Shown piece after piece: positions 35,601-36,373 of a stretch of DNA of 36,373 nt. Made by a program: the position numbers and the translations under genes. Each line of letters starts with the position of its first letter. Position 1 is the stretch's first letter. The stretch comes from Rhizomicrobium sp. (GTDB lineage Bacteria; Pseudomonadota; Alphaproteobacteria; Micropepsales; Micropepsaceae), in contig DATBCP010000143.1 in NCBI GenBank assembly GCA_036270435.1, positions 1-36,373 of the forward strand, in the 5' to 3' direction. The notes under the pieces were generated by a model that was not told where the DNA came from, did not search any database, and was given only the letters and a program-made list of their open reading frames with translations.

Positions 35601-36373
35601 TTTTTTATTTCCCAGGTCGTGCCTTCCGGCCCGTCCTTGAGCACAATGCCTTTGGCCAGCAATTCATCCCGGATGCGGTCGGATTTCTCGAAGTCGCGCG
35701 CCTTGCGCGCCGCATTGCGAGCCGCGATGGCGTCGGCGATGGCAACGGTGTCCACCTGCGTCTTGCTGGCGATCCTGAGTTGAACATTGGAAAAGCCAAG
35801 AAAACCCAGCCCGCCCGCCAGGGCCAGCGCTTCGGCCCGGTGCAGGCTGGCGATGGCGGCCGGCGTGTTGAGATCGTCCGACAGCGCCTCGAAAAAGGCG
35901 GCATCCGGCGCGGGATCGACCAGCGGCTCGGTCACTTCATACCAGCGTTCCAACATCTTCCAGCTTTCTTTCAGGCCGGCGATGGTGAAGTCTATGGGCT
36001 GGCGGTAGTGGGTGCGCAGCATGTTGAGGCGCAGCACCTCGCCCGGCCAGTCGGCCAGAAGCTCGCGGATGGTGAAGAAGTTACCCGCGCTCTTGGCCAT
36101 CTTCTCGCCTTCGACCTCCAGGAAGCCGTTATGCATCCACACCGTCGCCAACGGTTGGCCGCAATGGGCGCCTTCGCTCTGGGCGATCTCGTTCTCGTGA
36201 TGGGGAAATTGCAGGTCGATGCCGCCGCCATGAATGTCGAACGTCTCGCCCAGATAGCGGCCCGCCATGGCGGAGCATTCGATATGCCAGCCCGGCCGCC
36301 CACGCCCCCAGGGCGAATTCCATCCCGGCTGGGCGGCGTCTGACGGCTTCCACAGCACGAAATCCATGGCGTT
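35597..36373 (-). CDS. cysS: Cysteine--tRNA ligase, 3' part (5' end lies outside the window)
   Basis: DFVLWK, GRPGWHIECSAM, DIHGGGIDL.FPHHENE, WMHNG, KMAKS, DDLNTP. Confidence 0.96.
   Translation of the reverse strand, partial: NAMDFVLWKPSDAAQPGWNSPWGRGRPGWHIECSAMAGRYLGETFDIHGGGIDLQFPHHENEIAQSEGAHCGQPLATVWMHNGFLEVEGEKMAKSAGNFFTIRELLADWPGEVLRLNMLRTHYRQPIDFTIAGLKESWKMLERWYEVTEPLVDPAPDAAFFEALSDDLNTPAAIASLHRAEALALAGGLGFLGFSNVQLRIASKTQVDTVAIADAIAARNAARKARDFEKSDRIRDELLAKGIVLKDGPEGTTWEIKK

Noticed and set aside
1-36373. Mobile element, prophage, defence system, tRNA or rRNA
   Set aside because: No transposase, integrase, phage, nuclease or structural RNA signatures were recognised by eye; a covariance-model scan would be needed to exclude small RNAs.

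Overview
High-GC, densely coded chromosomal window that looks alphaproteobacterial (two-domain Csp, ATM1-type ABC exporter, Cys-rich TonB receptor, cimA-cysS; the taxon is inferred). About 31 genes. I found no tRNA, rRNA, CRISPR array, transposase or integrase. In order: (1) an uncharacterised coupled pair, a 2x[4Fe-4S] protein with a large C-terminal domain plus a Cys/His-motif protein; (2) secreted alpha/beta hydrolase, aldo/keto reductase and DHA2 MFS pump; (3) TPR-GT9-like gene plus DUF6165-like gene; (4) small secreted Pro/Tyr-rich protein and TonB-dependent receptor; (5) a five-gene coupled glycosylation operon: TPR-GT41 (OGT/SPINDLY-like), GT2, an unusual YvcK/CofD-GT2 fusion, a stand-alone GlmU-N-like nucleotidyltransferase and an NDP-sugar epimerase; (6) cytochrome c plus a PQQ alcohol dehydrogenase with a lanthanide-type D-x-D motif; (7) RraA-like aldolase, GntR, Ldh_2, Fe-ADH and GabD-like catabolic cluster; (8) housekeeping genes (selO/ydiU, yaiI, RhlE-like helicase, csp, DUF1272, ATM1-like, LOG, cimA, partial cysS). 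The best candidates for undescribed biology are the OGT/YvcK-GT2 operon, the Fe-S pair, an unannotated 30-aa membrane peptide gene upstream of the ABC exporter, and a two-copy structured intergenic element with compensatory base changes. All family calls come from motif recognition by eye, not from database searches.
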